This document shows, piece after piece, positions 1-8,936 of a DNA stretch of 64,000 bases. A program made the translations under genes and the position numbers. The stretch covers positions 320,001 through 384,000 of the forward strand of contig CAVVLJ010000020.1 of assembly GCA_963749075.1 (NCBI GenBank), in the 5' to 3' direction. Within the stretch, counting starts at the first letter, position 1. Every line of letters starts with the position of its first letter. This DNA comes from an uncultured Pseudomonadota bacterium. GTDB lineage: Bacteria > Pseudomonadota > Alphaproteobacteria > JACZXZ01. Under the pieces are notes generated by a model. It did not search any database, was not told the DNA's origin, and was given only the letters and a program-made list of their open reading frames with translations.

Positions 1-475
1 GCAGGCTGTCGCTCGTGCTCACGAGATTGCCCACCCAGGGGATGAAGAAGGCGCGGTTGTAGGCAACCTGCACGACGACGTCCTGGGCGCCCGAGCCGGG
101 CGAGAAGGTGCTGCTGTCCATCGTCACCACGGGGCTGAGCGACGAGAAGGTGCTGGCGGACTGCACATTGTAGAGGAGGCTCGCGCAGGTGATGAAGCTG
201 CTCAGATCGGTGCAGAGCTGGTTGGTGAAGAGGGTCGAGGCGTTGCCGTTGGCGTTGACCTGCCCGGTCTGGATGAGGCGCGCCGCGTCGCGCGTCGCGT
301 TGTCGAGCGACGCCTGGGTGAACAGCATGATGCCGTTCTCGATGATCATGCAGGCGAACAACAGGAAGACCGGGGCCGCCACCGCGAACTCGATCGCAGC
401 GGTGCCCTTCCGTCCGAGAAGACGGCGAACGCGCCGTAGGCCGCGCAGCTCCCATATGTGCTCCCGCAACTTCAT
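1..475 (-). CDS. TadE/TadG-family pseudopilin (runs off the window edge; not in the ORF track)
   Basis: Manual translation from ATG at 475: MKLREHIWELRGLRRVRRLLGRKG/TAAIEFAVAAPVFLLFACMIIENG..., with a prepilin G/xxxxEF motif, a hydrophobic helix and 'LDNATRDAARLIQTGQ', typical of TadE. Confidence 0.85.
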   Translation of the reverse strand, partial: MKLREHIWELRGLRRVRRLLGRKGTAAIEFAVAAPVFLLFACMIIENGIMLFTQASLDNATRDAARLIQTGQVNANGNASTLFTNQLCTDLSSFITCASLLYNVQSASTFSSLSPVVTMDSSTFSPGSGAQDVVVQVAYNRAFFIPWVGNLVSTSDSL

Positions 476-840
476 AGGGCGTCTCTCTTACGAACCCGTC
501 GCAATGTCAAACCTTCTACGCGCGAGCAAAGCAGATTACGCGCAGCTTAAATCCCTGAAATATAAAATATTGTTAAAAATGCCCCACCCGGCGCTGCCCG
601 AGAGAGGCGCCTTGCCCGCAGCCTTGCACGTCCCGGGCCGAAAGCCCGCGCTCCCGGCGCCTCCGGGCCGCAAGGCTAACAGGCTGAGATGCTGCGATTT
701 TCGCTCAAATCGGCCGGAAATGCACGCCTGATAGGCACGTTTCCGGCCGCGAGCCGCCAATTTTCGCCAATCTGCAGCTGCAATTTGCGAAACGACTCGG
801 GGAAGCCCCGGCCCGGCTCGCGCCCCCGGCCGGGGCGGCC

Positions 841-1893
841 TTATCCCGCCCATTTGATCGTCGGCAGCCTCAGGAGGCGGATGGGGCCGGCGTAGAGCGC
901 CTGCTTCTGGATGGTGAGGGCCACGCTCAGCACCTTGGGTCCGCCGTCGGCCGGCGTCTTGGCGAGGAGGCCGAGCACCCCCTTGGCGATGGCGCCGTCG
1001 TTGGGCTTGACCAGGCCGTTGCCGACGAGCGCATCGATGGTCTCGTCGAAGCCGCGGATCTGCGCGGTGCCGGCGCCCTCGGGCTGCATGGCGGGATCGA
1101 GGGCGAGGGTGGCATTGCCCGAGAGCTCGAGCGGCCCCCAGGCGAGGGAGAAGCTCTTGAGCTCGAGCGTGCCGCCCGCGTCGCGCCAGGCCGTGAGTGC
1201 CGCAAGCGGGCTCTTGCCCTCGAGCGGGCCCCGGAGCTGCCCCTCGGCGCCGAGCCAGCCGAGGCTGGCCCCGAGCGGGCTCCCCTCGGCCCCGGGAAGT
1301 GCGATCTCCGTGAGGCTGAGGGCGATGGTCAGGCTGGGCGCCAGTGCCGGGCCGGCCGCCGCCGCCGGTGCGGCCGGCAAGGCAAGCTCGACGTGGGCGA
1401 GGTGCACGGTCGCGGCGGCGGACGCCCCCGGCAGTGCCACGGACATGTCCGTGGCGTCGAAGCTGCCTCGCTCAAGGCTGCCGCGCGCGCTCACATCGAC
1501 GACCGCCGTGGCCGCGGCGGCGCTCGCGGTCATGAGCGCGGTCTCGCCGCCTGTCGTGAAAGTCAGCTCCTGGCGGCCGATGGGGTGGACCGTCACGTGA
1601 CGGAAGGCCCAGGGAAAGACCGCGGCCGACACGGCCTCGCCGCTCCAGCGCCAGTGCCGCACCGGGTCGGCGAGGACGGGATGCTCGAGGCGCACCGCGA
1701 TGCGCAGGGGAAAGCCGGAGAGCCGCGGGCCCTCGTAAGCGACGGTGAGGCCCGCCGCGCGCTGCACCGCCGTCCATTCCGCAAGCCCGTCGCGCACGAC
1801 GCCCGCCTCGTGGAACCAGAAGCCCGTATAGCCGGCAAGGATGAGCAGGATGACGCCGCTTGCGGCGGCGAGCGGGCGAGGGGCAAGGCGCAT
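841..1893 (-). CDS. DUF2125 domain protein
   Basis: N-terminal TM 'YTGFWF', 'SGFPLRI' and C-terminal 'LYAGPIRLLRLPTIKW'; usual neighbour of ChaC in Alphaproteobacteria. Confidence 0.8.
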   Translation of the reverse strand: MRLAPRPLAAASGVILLILAGYTGFWFHEAGVVRDGLAEWTAVQRAAGLTVAYEGPRLSGFPLRIAVRLEHPVLADPVRHWRWSGEAVSAAVFPWAFRHVTVHPIGRQELTFTTGGETALMTASAAAATAVVDVSARGSLERGSFDATDMSVALPGASAAATVHLAHVELALPAAPAAAAGPALAPSLTIALSLTEIALPGAEGSPLGASLGWLGAEGQLRGPLEGKSPLAALTAWRDAGGTLELKSFSLAWGPLELSGNATLALDPAMQPEGAGTAQIRGFDETIDALVGNGLVKPNDGAIAKGVLGLLAKTPADGGPKVLSVALTIQKQALYAGPIRLLRLPTIKWAG

Positions 1894-2145
1894 GGCGGTC
1901 TCGAGCCTGGGCGGCGATGGGGACGGCCTTGCTTATAGCGGGCGGGGCGGGCGGCGTCACGCCTTGCAGCACGGGCATGGCGCCCCTGCCGCAAGAGGCG
2001 CTTGCGCGCGCCGCCGCCGCGGCTAGACTCCCGCCGCATTTCGGAGGGACACGGCCAGCCTCTTCCAGCTGGTGCCGCCGGTGACGGTGATCATGGCGCA
2101 TTTCTTGCTGGGCAAGACGCTCGGGACGGCCGCCCTTGTCAACGA

Positions 2146-2699
2146 ATGAGCGCAATGGTGAAAGAGCACGAACGTCTCGGATCTTCGGCTACGGCTCGCT
2201 CATGTGGGACCCGGGCTTCGCCTATCTCGAGCGCGCGGCCGGCCTCGTGCACGGCTACCACCGCGCCTTCTGCATCTATTCGCAGCGCTACCGCGGCACG
2301 CCGGAGCGGCCGGGCCTGGTGCTCGGCCTCAGGCCCGGCGGCTCATGCCGCGGCATCGCCTTCCGCATCGACGCCGGCCGGCGCGAGGAGGTCTTCGCCT
2401 ATCTCCACGAGCGCGAGATGAAGGGCAATGTCTACGAGCAGCGCCGGCTGCCGGTCGAGCTCGCCGCCGGGCGCGGCCGCATCCATGCCTACGCCCACGT
2501 CACCAAGCTCGCCCATCCGCAGCATAGCGGCCCGCTCACCCTCGAGCGCATCGCCGAGCTCATCTGCCAGGGCCACGGCGAGCGCGGCGCTTGCGCCGAG
2601 TACCTTATCAACACGGTGCGCCACCTCGACGAGCTCGGCATCAAGGACGGCCCCATGCACGAGCTCCTGCGCTATGTGGAGCGGCGGCGCGCGGCGTGA
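2146..2699 (+). CDS. chaC: Gamma-glutamylcyclotransferase, ChaC family (one base missing at ~2178)
   Basis: IFGYGSLMW, YRGTPERPGLVLGL and YLHERE motifs; inserting a T at 2178/2179 joins ATG 2146/2155 to give ...HERLWIFGYGSLMW. Confidence 0.85.
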
Positions 2700-2749
2700 C
2701 GGTACGCCCCCGCCCCCTCAGGGGAAGGGCGAGCGCATTGGGCGGCGAA

Positions 2750-2922
2750 CGGATTTCCTCATCCTTCGAGACGGGCCTGTGGCCCTCCTCAGGATGAGTA
2801 AATCCGCCAGTCCTGGGGGCGGCCTCACCCTGAGGAGCGCGCCGCGGGCCGAAGGCCCGCTCTCTTGCATGATGTAAAAGAGGCGCACAGGCGCGCCGGG
2901 CGCGCGTCTCGAAGGGCGAGGC
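2750..2922. repeat. Inverted pair of palindromic REP-like units (CTCATCCTTCGAGACG...CTCCTCAGGATGAG type), second unit with a nested hairpin insert
   Basis: Unit 1 at 2750-2806 is self-complementary; unit 2 at 2822-2922 is the same motif in opposite orientation; lies between convergent chaC and nrdJ. Confidence 0.75.
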
Positions 2923-2950
2923 GGATCGAGGGCGCTTCAATGGAATGCGC

Positions 2951-5257
2951 TCACCCGCACTTGGAATAGCCGCAGCTCGTGCAGAGGTCGCAGTCCTCCT
3001 GGCGGATGAGGGCGGCCTGGCCGCATTTGGGGCATTGGCGCATGCCGAGCTCCGGCATGCCGACCACTTTGCGCTCGAGGAACTCTTCGCGCGCCTCCTT
3101 GGGATTGGGGAGGAAGCCGATGTCGATCATGTGGCGCTCGATCACCTCGCCGATGGCGGCGAGCAACGAGGGCACGTAGCGGCCGTCCATCCATTGCCCG
3201 CCGCGGGGATCGAACACCGCCTTGAGCTCCTCGACGACGAACGAGACGTCGCCGCCGCGGCGGAAGACGGCGCTGATCATGCGCGTGAGGCCCACCGTCC
3301 AGGCGTAGTGCTCCATGTTCTTCGAGTTGATGAAGACCTCGAAGGGGCGCCGGCGGCCGTCGCGCACGATGTCGTTGACCGTGATGTAGATGGCGTGGTC
3401 GCTGTCGGCCCAGCGGATCTTGTAGGTGCGGCCGGGGAGCGCCTCGGGGCGGTCCAAGGGCCGCGTCATGTAGATGACCCCGCCCGCCTCGAAGGCGTCC
3501 GCGTGGCGCGCGGGCTGCTCCTCGAGCGGGAGCCGCGGCTCGGGGGAGGCCGCCTCCTTCTCCTTCCTCGCCTCGAGCACGGCGCCGGTGACCGCGTTCG
3601 GCCGGTAGGTGGTGCAGCCCTTGCAGCCGAGCTCGTAGGCGAGGGCATAGACGTCCTTGAACTCGTCGAAGCCGATGTCGACCGGCACGTTGATCGTCTT
3701 CGAGATCGAGCTGTCGATGTGCTTCTGCGCCGCCGCCTGGATCGCCACATGATCGCGCGGCGCCAAGCCCTGGGCATCGACGAAATAATCGGGGAGCGGG
3801 GGATTGTCGCCCTTCAAGCGGCGGAACAGGCGATAGGCGTAATCGCTCACCTCCTCCTCGCGCCGCGTGCCGTCGGGCATCAGCACGTTGCGGCTGTATT
3901 TGAAGCTGAACACCGGCTCGAGGCCCGAGGAGACGTTGTCGGCGAAGATGGAGATGGTGCCGGTGGGCGCGATCGAGGTGAGGTGCGAGTTGCGCATGCC
4001 GCGCTTTGCGATGGCGTCGCGCACGTCCTCGTCGAGGCTCGCCACGAAGGCGCCGGCGAGGAACTTCTCGCGCTCATAGAGCGGGAAGGCGCCCTTCTCG
4101 GCGGCGAGCTCGGCCGAGGCGAGATAGGCGTGCCGCGTCACGGTGCGCGTCCAGCTCTCGGTGAGCTCGACGGCACGGGGGCTGCCGTAGCGCACGCCCG
4201 CGAGGATGAGCGCATCGGCAAGGCCCGTGACGCCGAGGCCGATGCGCCGCTTCGCGTAGGCCTCGTGGCGCTGCTGGGGAAGCGGGAAGTTGGACACGTC
4301 GGTCACGTTGTCCATCATGCGCACGGCGATGGGCACGAGGCGTGCGAGCTCATCCATGTCGAGGGCGGCATCGGCCTCGAAGGGGTTGCGCACCAGGGCG
4401 GCGAGGTTGAGCGAGCCCAAGAGGCAGGCGCCATAGGGTGGCAGCGGCTGCTCGCCACACGGGTTGGTCGCCGCGATCGTCTCGCAGTAATTGAGGTTGT
4501 TGAGGCGGTTGATGCGGTCGATGAAGATGACGCCCGGCTCGGCAAAGCCGTAGGTCGAGCGCATGATGCGGTCCCACAGCTCGCGCGCCTCGACGGTCTT
4601 GTAATGGGTGCCGGCGAAGGTGAGCTCCCAAGGCGCATTCTCCTTGACCGCCGTCATGAAGGCGTCGGTCGCCAGCACCGAGAGGTTGAACATGCGCAAG
4701 CGGCCGGGCTCGCGCTTGGCCTCGATGAAGGCCTCGATGTCGGGATGGTCGCAGCGCATGGTCGCCATCATGGCGCCGCGCCGGTGGCCGGCGCTCATGA
4801 TGGTGCGGCACATGGCGTCCCACACGTCCATGAAGCTGAGCGGGCCCGAGGCATCGGCACCGACGCCGCGCACGGGGGCACCCTTGGGCCGCAAGGTCGA
4901 GAAGTCGTAGCCGATGCCGCCGCCCTGCTGCATGGTGAGGGCGGCCTCCTTGAGGTGGTCGAAAATCCCGGCCATGTCGTCCGGGATGGCGCCCATGACG
5001 AAGCAGTTGAAGAGGGTGACGCTGCGCCGCGTGCCCGCCCCCGCCACGATGCGGCCGGCGGGAAGGAAGCGGAAGCCCTCCATGGCCTCGTAGAAGGCCT
5101 CGGTCCAGCGCTTCCGCTCGCGCTCGGGCTCGGCCAGTGCTACGGCGATGCGCCGCCAGCTGTCCTCGATGGTTTTGTCCACAGGCGAGCCGTCCGGCCC
5201 CTTGAGCCGGTACTTCATGTCCCAGATTTGCTGGGAGATCGAGGCCACCTGCGTCAT
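2951..5257 (-). CDS. nrdJ: Adenosylcobalamin-dependent (class II) ribonucleotide reductase with TSCPD domain and C-terminal Zn ribbon
   Basis: FLPAGRI, TLFNCFV, TNPCGEQPL (thiyl-radical Cys), IAPTGTIS, SISKTIN and C-terminal CPKC...CTSCGYSKCG; no ATP cone or intein seen. Confidence 0.95.
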   Translation of the reverse strand: MTQVASISQQIWDMKYRLKGPDGSPVDKTIEDSWRRIAVALAEPERERKRWTEAFYEAMEGFRFLPAGRIVAGAGTRRSVTLFNCFVMGAIPDDMAGIFDHLKEAALTMQQGGGIGYDFSTLRPKGAPVRGVGADASGPLSFMDVWDAMCRTIMSAGHRRGAMMATMRCDHPDIEAFIEAKREPGRLRMFNLSVLATDAFMTAVKENAPWELTFAGTHYKTVEARELWDRIMRSTYGFAEPGVIFIDRINRLNNLNYCETIAATNPCGEQPLPPYGACLLGSLNLAALVRNPFEADAALDMDELARLVPIAVRMMDNVTDVSNFPLPQQRHEAYAKRRIGLGVTGLADALILAGVRYGSPRAVELTESWTRTVTRHAYLASAELAAEKGAFPLYEREKFLAGAFVASLDEDVRDAIAKRGMRNSHLTSIAPTGTISIFADNVSSGLEPVFSFKYSRNVLMPDGTRREEEVSDYAYRLFRRLKGDNPPLPDYFVDAQGLAPRDHVAIQAAAQKHIDSSISKTINVPVDIGFDEFKDVYALAYELGCKGCTTYRPNAVTGAVLEARKEKEAASPEPRLPLEEQPARHADAFEAGGVIYMTRPLDRPEALPGRTYKIRWADSDHAIYITVNDIVRDGRRRPFEVFINSKNMEHYAWTVGLTRMISAVFRRGGDVSFVVEELKAVFDPRGGQWMDGRYVPSLLAAIGEVIERHMIDIGFLPNPKEAREEFLERKVVGMPELGMRQCPKCGQAALIRQEDCDLCTSCGYSKCG

Positions 5258-5345
5258 GCGCCGCTCCGCCCGCCCGACAACGTGAGACCCCGCGGACCGG
5301 CGGCCCCGCGAGGGCGAAAATCCCGTAAAACCAAACTATTGGAGC

Positions 5346-5374
5346 AATTTAACCAGTGCCATGACCGAGGTCAA
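5346..5374 (-). promoter_or_regulatory. Sigma70-type promoter for nrdJ
   Basis: Minus strand TTGACC-N17-TAAATT, about 90 bp upstream of the nrdJ ATG. Confidence 0.6.
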
Positions 5375-5382
5375 TCGGAATC

Positions 5383-5397
5383 GTTCCTGTTATGTTT
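5383..5397 (+). promoter_or_regulatory. Possible alphaproteobacterial LexA (SOS) box
   Basis: GTTC-CTGTTAT-GTTT versus consensus GTTC-N7-GTTC (1 mismatch), just upstream of the -35. Confidence 0.4.
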
Positions 5398-5500
5398 CCA
5401 CAAGAGCAGCGGCGGCCAAGCCACTGTGACGCAAGCGAACAGCCGATTTGTCCTCTTAATCCCCTTGGCGCTTTTCGGCCAAGAATCTTTTCCAACAGGG

Positions 5501-5509
5501 TTATCCACA
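5501..5509 (+). promoter_or_regulatory. DnaA box upstream of nrdJ
   Basis: Perfect TTATCCACA; a second 1-mismatch box GTTTCCACA at 5394-5402. Confidence 0.65.
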
Positions 5510-5528
5510 GGCGCCTCAAGCCGTCTCG

Positions 5529-6260
5529 CTATGTCCCTTGCTCCATGCCCAGCGCCAAAAGCCGCCGGCAGGCGCCCTCGGTGCGGCGCTCGAGCTCGGC
5601 TAAGAAGGCCTTGCGCGAGAGGCCCGGTGCGATGGCGGGGAGGAACTCGACGGTCATGAGGCCGGGCTTCTTGAGGAAGCTGCGGCGGCCCCAGAAGAGG
5701 CCGGAGTTGAGCGCGACGGGGATGACCGGGAGTTCGAGCTGGCCGTAGAGCGCCGCCACGCCGGGGTGGTAGGGGCGGTGCTGGCCCGGGGCCACGCGCG
5801 TGCCCTCGGGGAAGATCGCGAGCGGCCGCCCGCCCGCAAGCGCCCGGCGGGCGTTCCGCAGCATCGCCTTGAGCGCGGCGGCCCCGCCGCGCCGGTCGAT
5901 GGCGATCTGCTCGGTCTTCCACAGATACCAGCCGAAGAGCGGGATGAAGAGCAGCTCGCGCTTGAGGATGATGGCCGGATCCTCGAGGAGGAGCGGCAGG
6001 AGGAGCGTGTCCCAGGCGGACTGGTGCTTGAAGGCGTAGATGGCGGCACCCTTGCGCCGCGCGTTGCCGCCCTCGCCGCGCACCTGGTAGCGGAGACCTA
6101 CGAGGACGGCGAGGAGACCTGCGATGCCGCGCGCCCACAGCCAGCCCAGGCGCACGAGGACGATGCGCGGCATGACGAGCGCCGGCAGGGCGAGGATGCA
6201 GGCGAGCGCCGTCCAGCCGAAGAAGGCGCAGTTGAAGAGGAGCGAGCGCAGTGCCGCCAT
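5529..6260 (-). CDS. plsC: 1-acyl-sn-glycerol-3-phosphate acyltransferase
   Basis: KHQSAWDT (HxxxxD), IFPEGTR and PVALN motifs; start at MAALRSLLFN. Confidence 0.9.
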   Translation of the reverse strand: MAALRSLLFNCAFFGWTALACILALPALVMPRIVLVRLGWLWARGIAGLLAVLVGLRYQVRGEGGNARRKGAAIYAFKHQSAWDTLLLPLLLEDPAIILKRELLFIPLFGWYLWKTEQIAIDRRGGAAALKAMLRNARRALAGGRPLAIFPEGTRVAPGQHRPYHPGVAALYGQLELPVIPVALNSGLFWGRRSFLKKPGLMTVEFLPAIAPGLSRKAFLAELERRTEGACRRLLALGMEQGT

Positions 6261-6268
6261 GCGGGCGC

Positions 6269-7153
6269 TCACACCATGCGGGCGAGCGACGCCAGCACCG
6301 TGGCGCGCGCCGTGATCATGGCAATGATCGCCATGGCGAGCGGCAGGATGAGGAGTGCCGCCCATTGCCAGGGCTCGAGCGAGAGCACGGGCAGCAGGCT
6401 GCCGCTCTCGGGACCCGCGAAATAGCGCGCGGCGAGGAGCGTCGCCGCGGCACCCGCGAGGCCGGCGAGGCTGCCGCGCAGGGCTATGGCAAGGGCATGG
6501 GCCTGGAACTGGCGCGCCACGTAGGAGTCCTGGGCGCCGATCAGGTGCATCACCTCGATGACGTTGTGGTGGATGGCGAGCGCCGTGCGCGTGCTGAACA
6601 CGGTCACCGCGGCGGCGGCGGCGGCGATGAGGGCGAGGATGATCGCGGCCACGAGCTCGACCGAGCGGCCCAAGAGGATGAGCTCGTTGAGCCAGCGCTG
6701 GTGGTCGTCGAGCACCGTCCCCGGCACCGCATCCGCGAGGCGTGCTGAGAGTGCCGCAAGATCGAGCCTGTTGCCGGGCTCGAGCCGCACGTCGACGAGG
6801 ATGGGAAGCGGCAGCTCCTTGAGGTCGGCGGCACCTAGCCAGGGCTCGAGCAGCTTCGCCACCGCGGCGTCGCTCAGCACCTCGGCGTGGGCGATGCCCG
6901 GCGTGCCGAGGAGGAGCGCCATGGTGCTGGCCACGCGCAGCTCGCGCAGCTTGGGGTCGGGATCGTCGGACGGCTTGATCTCGACGGTGAGCGAGCCGGC
7001 GAGGCCCTGGCTCCAACGCTCGATGGCGCTTTGGGCGACGAGCGCTCCGGCCAGCGCCAGGCTCGCGAGATAGACCATGAGGGCGATGATCCAGGGGATG
7101 AAGCGGCCCAATTCGTCGCCCTCGAGCGGCACGTCGGAGCGGCGGCGCAGCAT
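6269..7153 (-). CDS. ftsX: Cell division permease FtsX
   Basis: 4-TM layout, 'IEVMHLIGA' and 'DDHQRW'; directly downstream of ftsE. Confidence 0.9.
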   Translation of the reverse strand: MLRRRSDVPLEGDELGRFIPWIIALMVYLASLALAGALVAQSAIERWSQGLAGSLTVEIKPSDDPDPKLRELRVASTMALLLGTPGIAHAEVLSDAAVAKLLEPWLGAADLKELPLPILVDVRLEPGNRLDLAALSARLADAVPGTVLDDHQRWLNELILLGRSVELVAAIILALIAAAAAAVTVFSTRTALAIHHNVIEVMHLIGAQDSYVARQFQAHALAIALRGSLAGLAGAAATLLAARYFAGPESGSLLPVLSLEPWQWAALLILPLAMAIIAMITARATVLASLARMV

Positions 7154-7155
7154 GC

Positions 7156-7854
7156 TCAGGCGACCGTGCGGCGGCTCGTCTCGACGCGCATGAGCTCGCC
7201 GTCCTCGAGATGGAGGACCGTGTGGCCGAAGCGCTCCACCAGGCTCTCGTTGTGCGTCGCGATCACCACCGTGGTGCCGAGCTTGTTGAGCTCGTCGAAG
7301 AGATAGAGCAGGCGCACCGCGAGCTCGTCGTCGACGTTGCCCGTGGGCTCGTCGGCGAGCAGCAGCGAGGGGCGGTTGATCACGGCGCGCGCGATGGCGA
7401 CGCGCTGCTGCTGGCCGCCGGAGAGCGTGGTCGGCGTCGCCTCGATGTGCTCGGCCAAACCCACCCAGGCGAGGAGCTCGGCCACGTGCTCGCGCACCTG
7501 GTCGTCGTTGGCGCCGGCGACGCGCAAGGGGAGCGCTACGTTGTCGAGTGCGGAGAGATGGTCGATGAGGCGGAAGTCCTGGAACACCACGCCGATGCGC
7601 CGGCGCAGCGCCGGCATCTCGCGGCGGTCGGTGGTGGCGATGTCGCGGCCGAAGAGGTTGATGAGCCCGCGCGAGGGCCGGTGCGCCAGATACATGAGCT
7701 TGAGGAGCGAGGACTTGCCCGCACCGCTCGGCCCGGTGAGGAAATGGAAGGAGCCCGCGGGCAGCGTGAAGCTCACGTCGCGCAGGACCTCGGGCCCCAT
7801 GCCGTAGCGCATGCCGACGTTCTCGAAGCGGACGACCGCGGGCTTCTGGTCCAT
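7156..7854 (-). CDS. ftsE: Cell division ATP-binding protein FtsE
   Basis: [24 protein letters not shown] and LADEPTGN. Confidence 0.93.
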   Translation of the reverse strand: MDQKPAVVRFENVGMRYGMGPEVLRDVSFTLPAGSFHFLTGPSGAGKSSLLKLMYLAHRPSRGLINLFGRDIATTDRREMPALRRRIGVVFQDFRLIDHLSALDNVALPLRVAGANDDQVREHVAELLAWVGLAEHIEATPTTLSGGQQQRVAIARAVINRPSLLLADEPTGNVDDELAVRLLYLFDELNKLGTTVVIATHNESLVERFGHTVLHLEDGELMRVETSRRTVA

Positions 7855-8045
7855 GACGCTGGAATGGCTCTCGAGGGCGGCGGAGGCAAGCATGGCACGG
7901 CGGGGAAGCGAGGTAAAGCGCGCCGCGGCCGCGATTTTTCGCCCTGCCCGCGGCGTGGCACTTGCTTGCCAGGGGGCCGGCTCAAGCCCTATAAGACACG
8001 CGCGTGACGGGGATTCCGTGGCAAAGGAGCCGATCCGGAGCTGCA

Positions 8046-8751
8046 ATGATCCTGAGCTGCCCCAGCTGTGCGACGCGCTATCTCCTCGACTCCGCCAAGC
8101 TCGGGCCGGAGGGGCGCCTGGTGCGCTGCGCGCGCTGCGGCCATACCTGGCACCAGTCCTCGCCCGAGGGCGTCGCGATCAAGGTCGAGCCGATTCCGCG
8201 CATGGGCGAGGCGGCGGCCGGCGAAGAGCTCGCGGCGTCGCGCACCAGCGAGCTGCGGCCCATTCCTCCCGGCTCGAACCTCCCCGCCTTTCCGCCGCCG
8301 CAGAAGCGCCGCAGCTCGGCGCTCGGCTGGATTCTCCTTCTCCTCGTGCTCGCCGGGCTGGTCTTCGAGGGTTATATCGCGCGCGCGCGCGTGGTCGAGG
8401 CCTGGCCGCCGGCGGCGCGGCTCTACCGGCTGCTCGAACGTCATGCCCGCGCCGCTGGGCGAGAGCCTCAAGATCCGCAACGTCACCACCGTGCGCGCCG
8501 ACGAGGACGGCGTTCCGGTGCTGCGCATCGCGGGCGAGGTGGCGAACGTGAGCCGGCAAAGCATCGACGTGCCGCCGCTCGCCGCCACGCTCAGGGACGC
8601 GCGCCAGCGCAGCGTCCAGCAATGGATCTTCAAGGCGCCCGAGAGCAAGCTCCTGCCGGGCGAGATCAGCAAGTTCTCGACCACCATCAAGAACCCGCCG
8701 AGCGAGGCGACCGACGTGGACGTGGACTTCCTTCCCGGCGGCGGCGGCTGA
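8046..8751 (+). CDS. Zinc-ribbon / DUF3426 membrane-anchored protein (one extra base at ~8436)
   Basis: MILSCPSC...VRCARCGHTW zinc ribbon, a TM helix and WPPAARLY in one frame; periplasmic domain (LRIAGEVAN..VPPL) in the next frame. Confidence 0.8.
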
Positions 8752-8795
8752 GGCGCGCGCTGGCGGCGGTATTTGCAATCATCGATGCGCGGTGC

Positions 8796-8910
8796 ACCCC
8801 CCACCCCGACCCTCCCCCTCAAGAGGGGAGGGGAAAGTGCTCGTCTTCGCAACGAAACACCGCTTCCCCAACACCCCCTCCCCCTTGAAGGGGGAGGGTA
8901 GGGCGGGGGT
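8796..8910. repeat. REP-like doublet (CCCTCCCCCTCAAGnGGGGAGGG family)
   Basis: Two inverted hairpin units separated by a ~40 bp spacer, between convergent genes. Confidence 0.8.
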
Positions 8911-8936
8911 GATGCTTCTCGCAATGATGATGGGCG

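Noticed and set aside
189-895. ORFs 189-731, 536-853 and 689-895
   Set aside because: Antisense to the TadE gene or spanning its AT-rich promoter region; no coding features.
5394-5509. DnaA boxes as a replication origin
   Set aside because: Only one perfect and one near-perfect box, no extended AT-rich unwinding element and no origin-associated genes; a promoter role is more likely.
2945-5659. Very long antisense/alternate-frame ORFs (904 aa here; also 9051-11486, 26235-29285, 35078-37525 and others)
   Set aside because: They shadow well-supported genes, carry no recognisable motifs, and are expected in high-GC DNA with few stop codons.
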